Source: a virus (taxonomy: Duplodnaviria; Caudoviricetes). Taken from it: 57,956 nt of DNA. Below, one piece after another: positions 57,589 to 57,956 of this stretch. Every line of letters begins with the position of its first letter. Position 1 is the first letter of the stretch. The translations under genes were made by a program, and so were the position numbers. Where the stretch lies: the IMG/VR virus record IMGVR_UViG_3300038428_000087, positions 1 to 57,956 of that record; one strand, given 5' to 3'. The notes beneath the pieces are model-generated. The model was not told the origin of the DNA, made no database searches, and saw only the letters and a program-made list of their open reading frames with translations.

Positions 57589-57956
57589 CTCAAGTATATT
57601 ACGACCACTCGAACGGCAAAAGATATTTTATGGGGTGCAATCGCGACCCACCACACGCCGATGCAAAGTTACTTTTAACTCGTAAACAACAGGCGGAACT
57701 ACCTAGTTCTTATACTATTATAGATGGCACGCCGGTTGAAGATCAGGGAAATGAAGGTTCATGTACAGGCAACGCAGGCGACAACGCTTCTAAGATCCGA
57801 AGTTATACAGCAACAGGCAACTACTTCAACGGTGCCCGTCAGCAGATATACCAATGCGCCTTAGCGCACGATGGCAACCCACTACAAGATGTCGGTAGTT
57901 CATTAAGTACTATAGCGTGGGTTCTTGAGAACATCGGAGTTGCTGTTGAGTCTGAG
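57585..57956 (+). CDS. C1 peptidase, 5' part (continues at the window start)
   Basis: MTQVYY..ELPSSY..PVEDQGNEGSCTG; AGGAG RBS; in frame with 245-1036 on the circle. Confidence 0.88.
   Translation, partial: MTQVYYDHSNGKRYFMGCNRDPPHADAKLLLTRKQQAELPSSYTIIDGTPVEDQGNEGSCTGNAGDNASKIRSYTATGNYFNGARQQIYQCALAHDGNPLQDVGSSLSTIAWVLENIGVAVESE
57731..57956. repeat. Terminal direct repeat, copy 2
   Basis: Matches 1-226 with one mismatch. Confidence 0.97.

Overview
The window appears to be one complete, circularly permuted genome (about 57,730 bp unique) of a long-tailed Caudoviricetes virus. The first 226 nt repeat at 57731-57956 with one mismatch, and a gene runs across that junction. The host is inferred to be an archaeon from an Orc1/Cdc6 initiator beside an origin-like inverted repeat, TATA-type promoters, T-tract terminators and archaeal-type ribbon-helix-helix proteins. 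Almost all genes are on the + strand. The order is: split terminase, portal, prohead protein/protease (apparently joined by a -1 frameshift), scaffold, decoration and major capsid proteins, accessory virion proteins, tail, membrane genes, an array of motif-bounded mini-genes, ori-Cdc6-ParB, early genes, a Dcm/Vsr insert, TerS and a second hydrolase cassette. I recognised no integrase, DNA polymerase, tRNA, CRISPR array or reverse transcriptase. The most unusual signal is a set of apparent beta-strand-complementation modules. Three unrelated tail-tip payload proteins share a C-terminal ~22-aa tag, and a circularly permuted Ig subunit sits next to a His-rich peptide that carries only the missing strand. 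Two paralogous pairs of a putative glycoside-hydrolase-like protein plus a papain-like protease also occur, and one protease carries an HNH-containing intein. All assignments come from motif recognition by eye; no searches were run.
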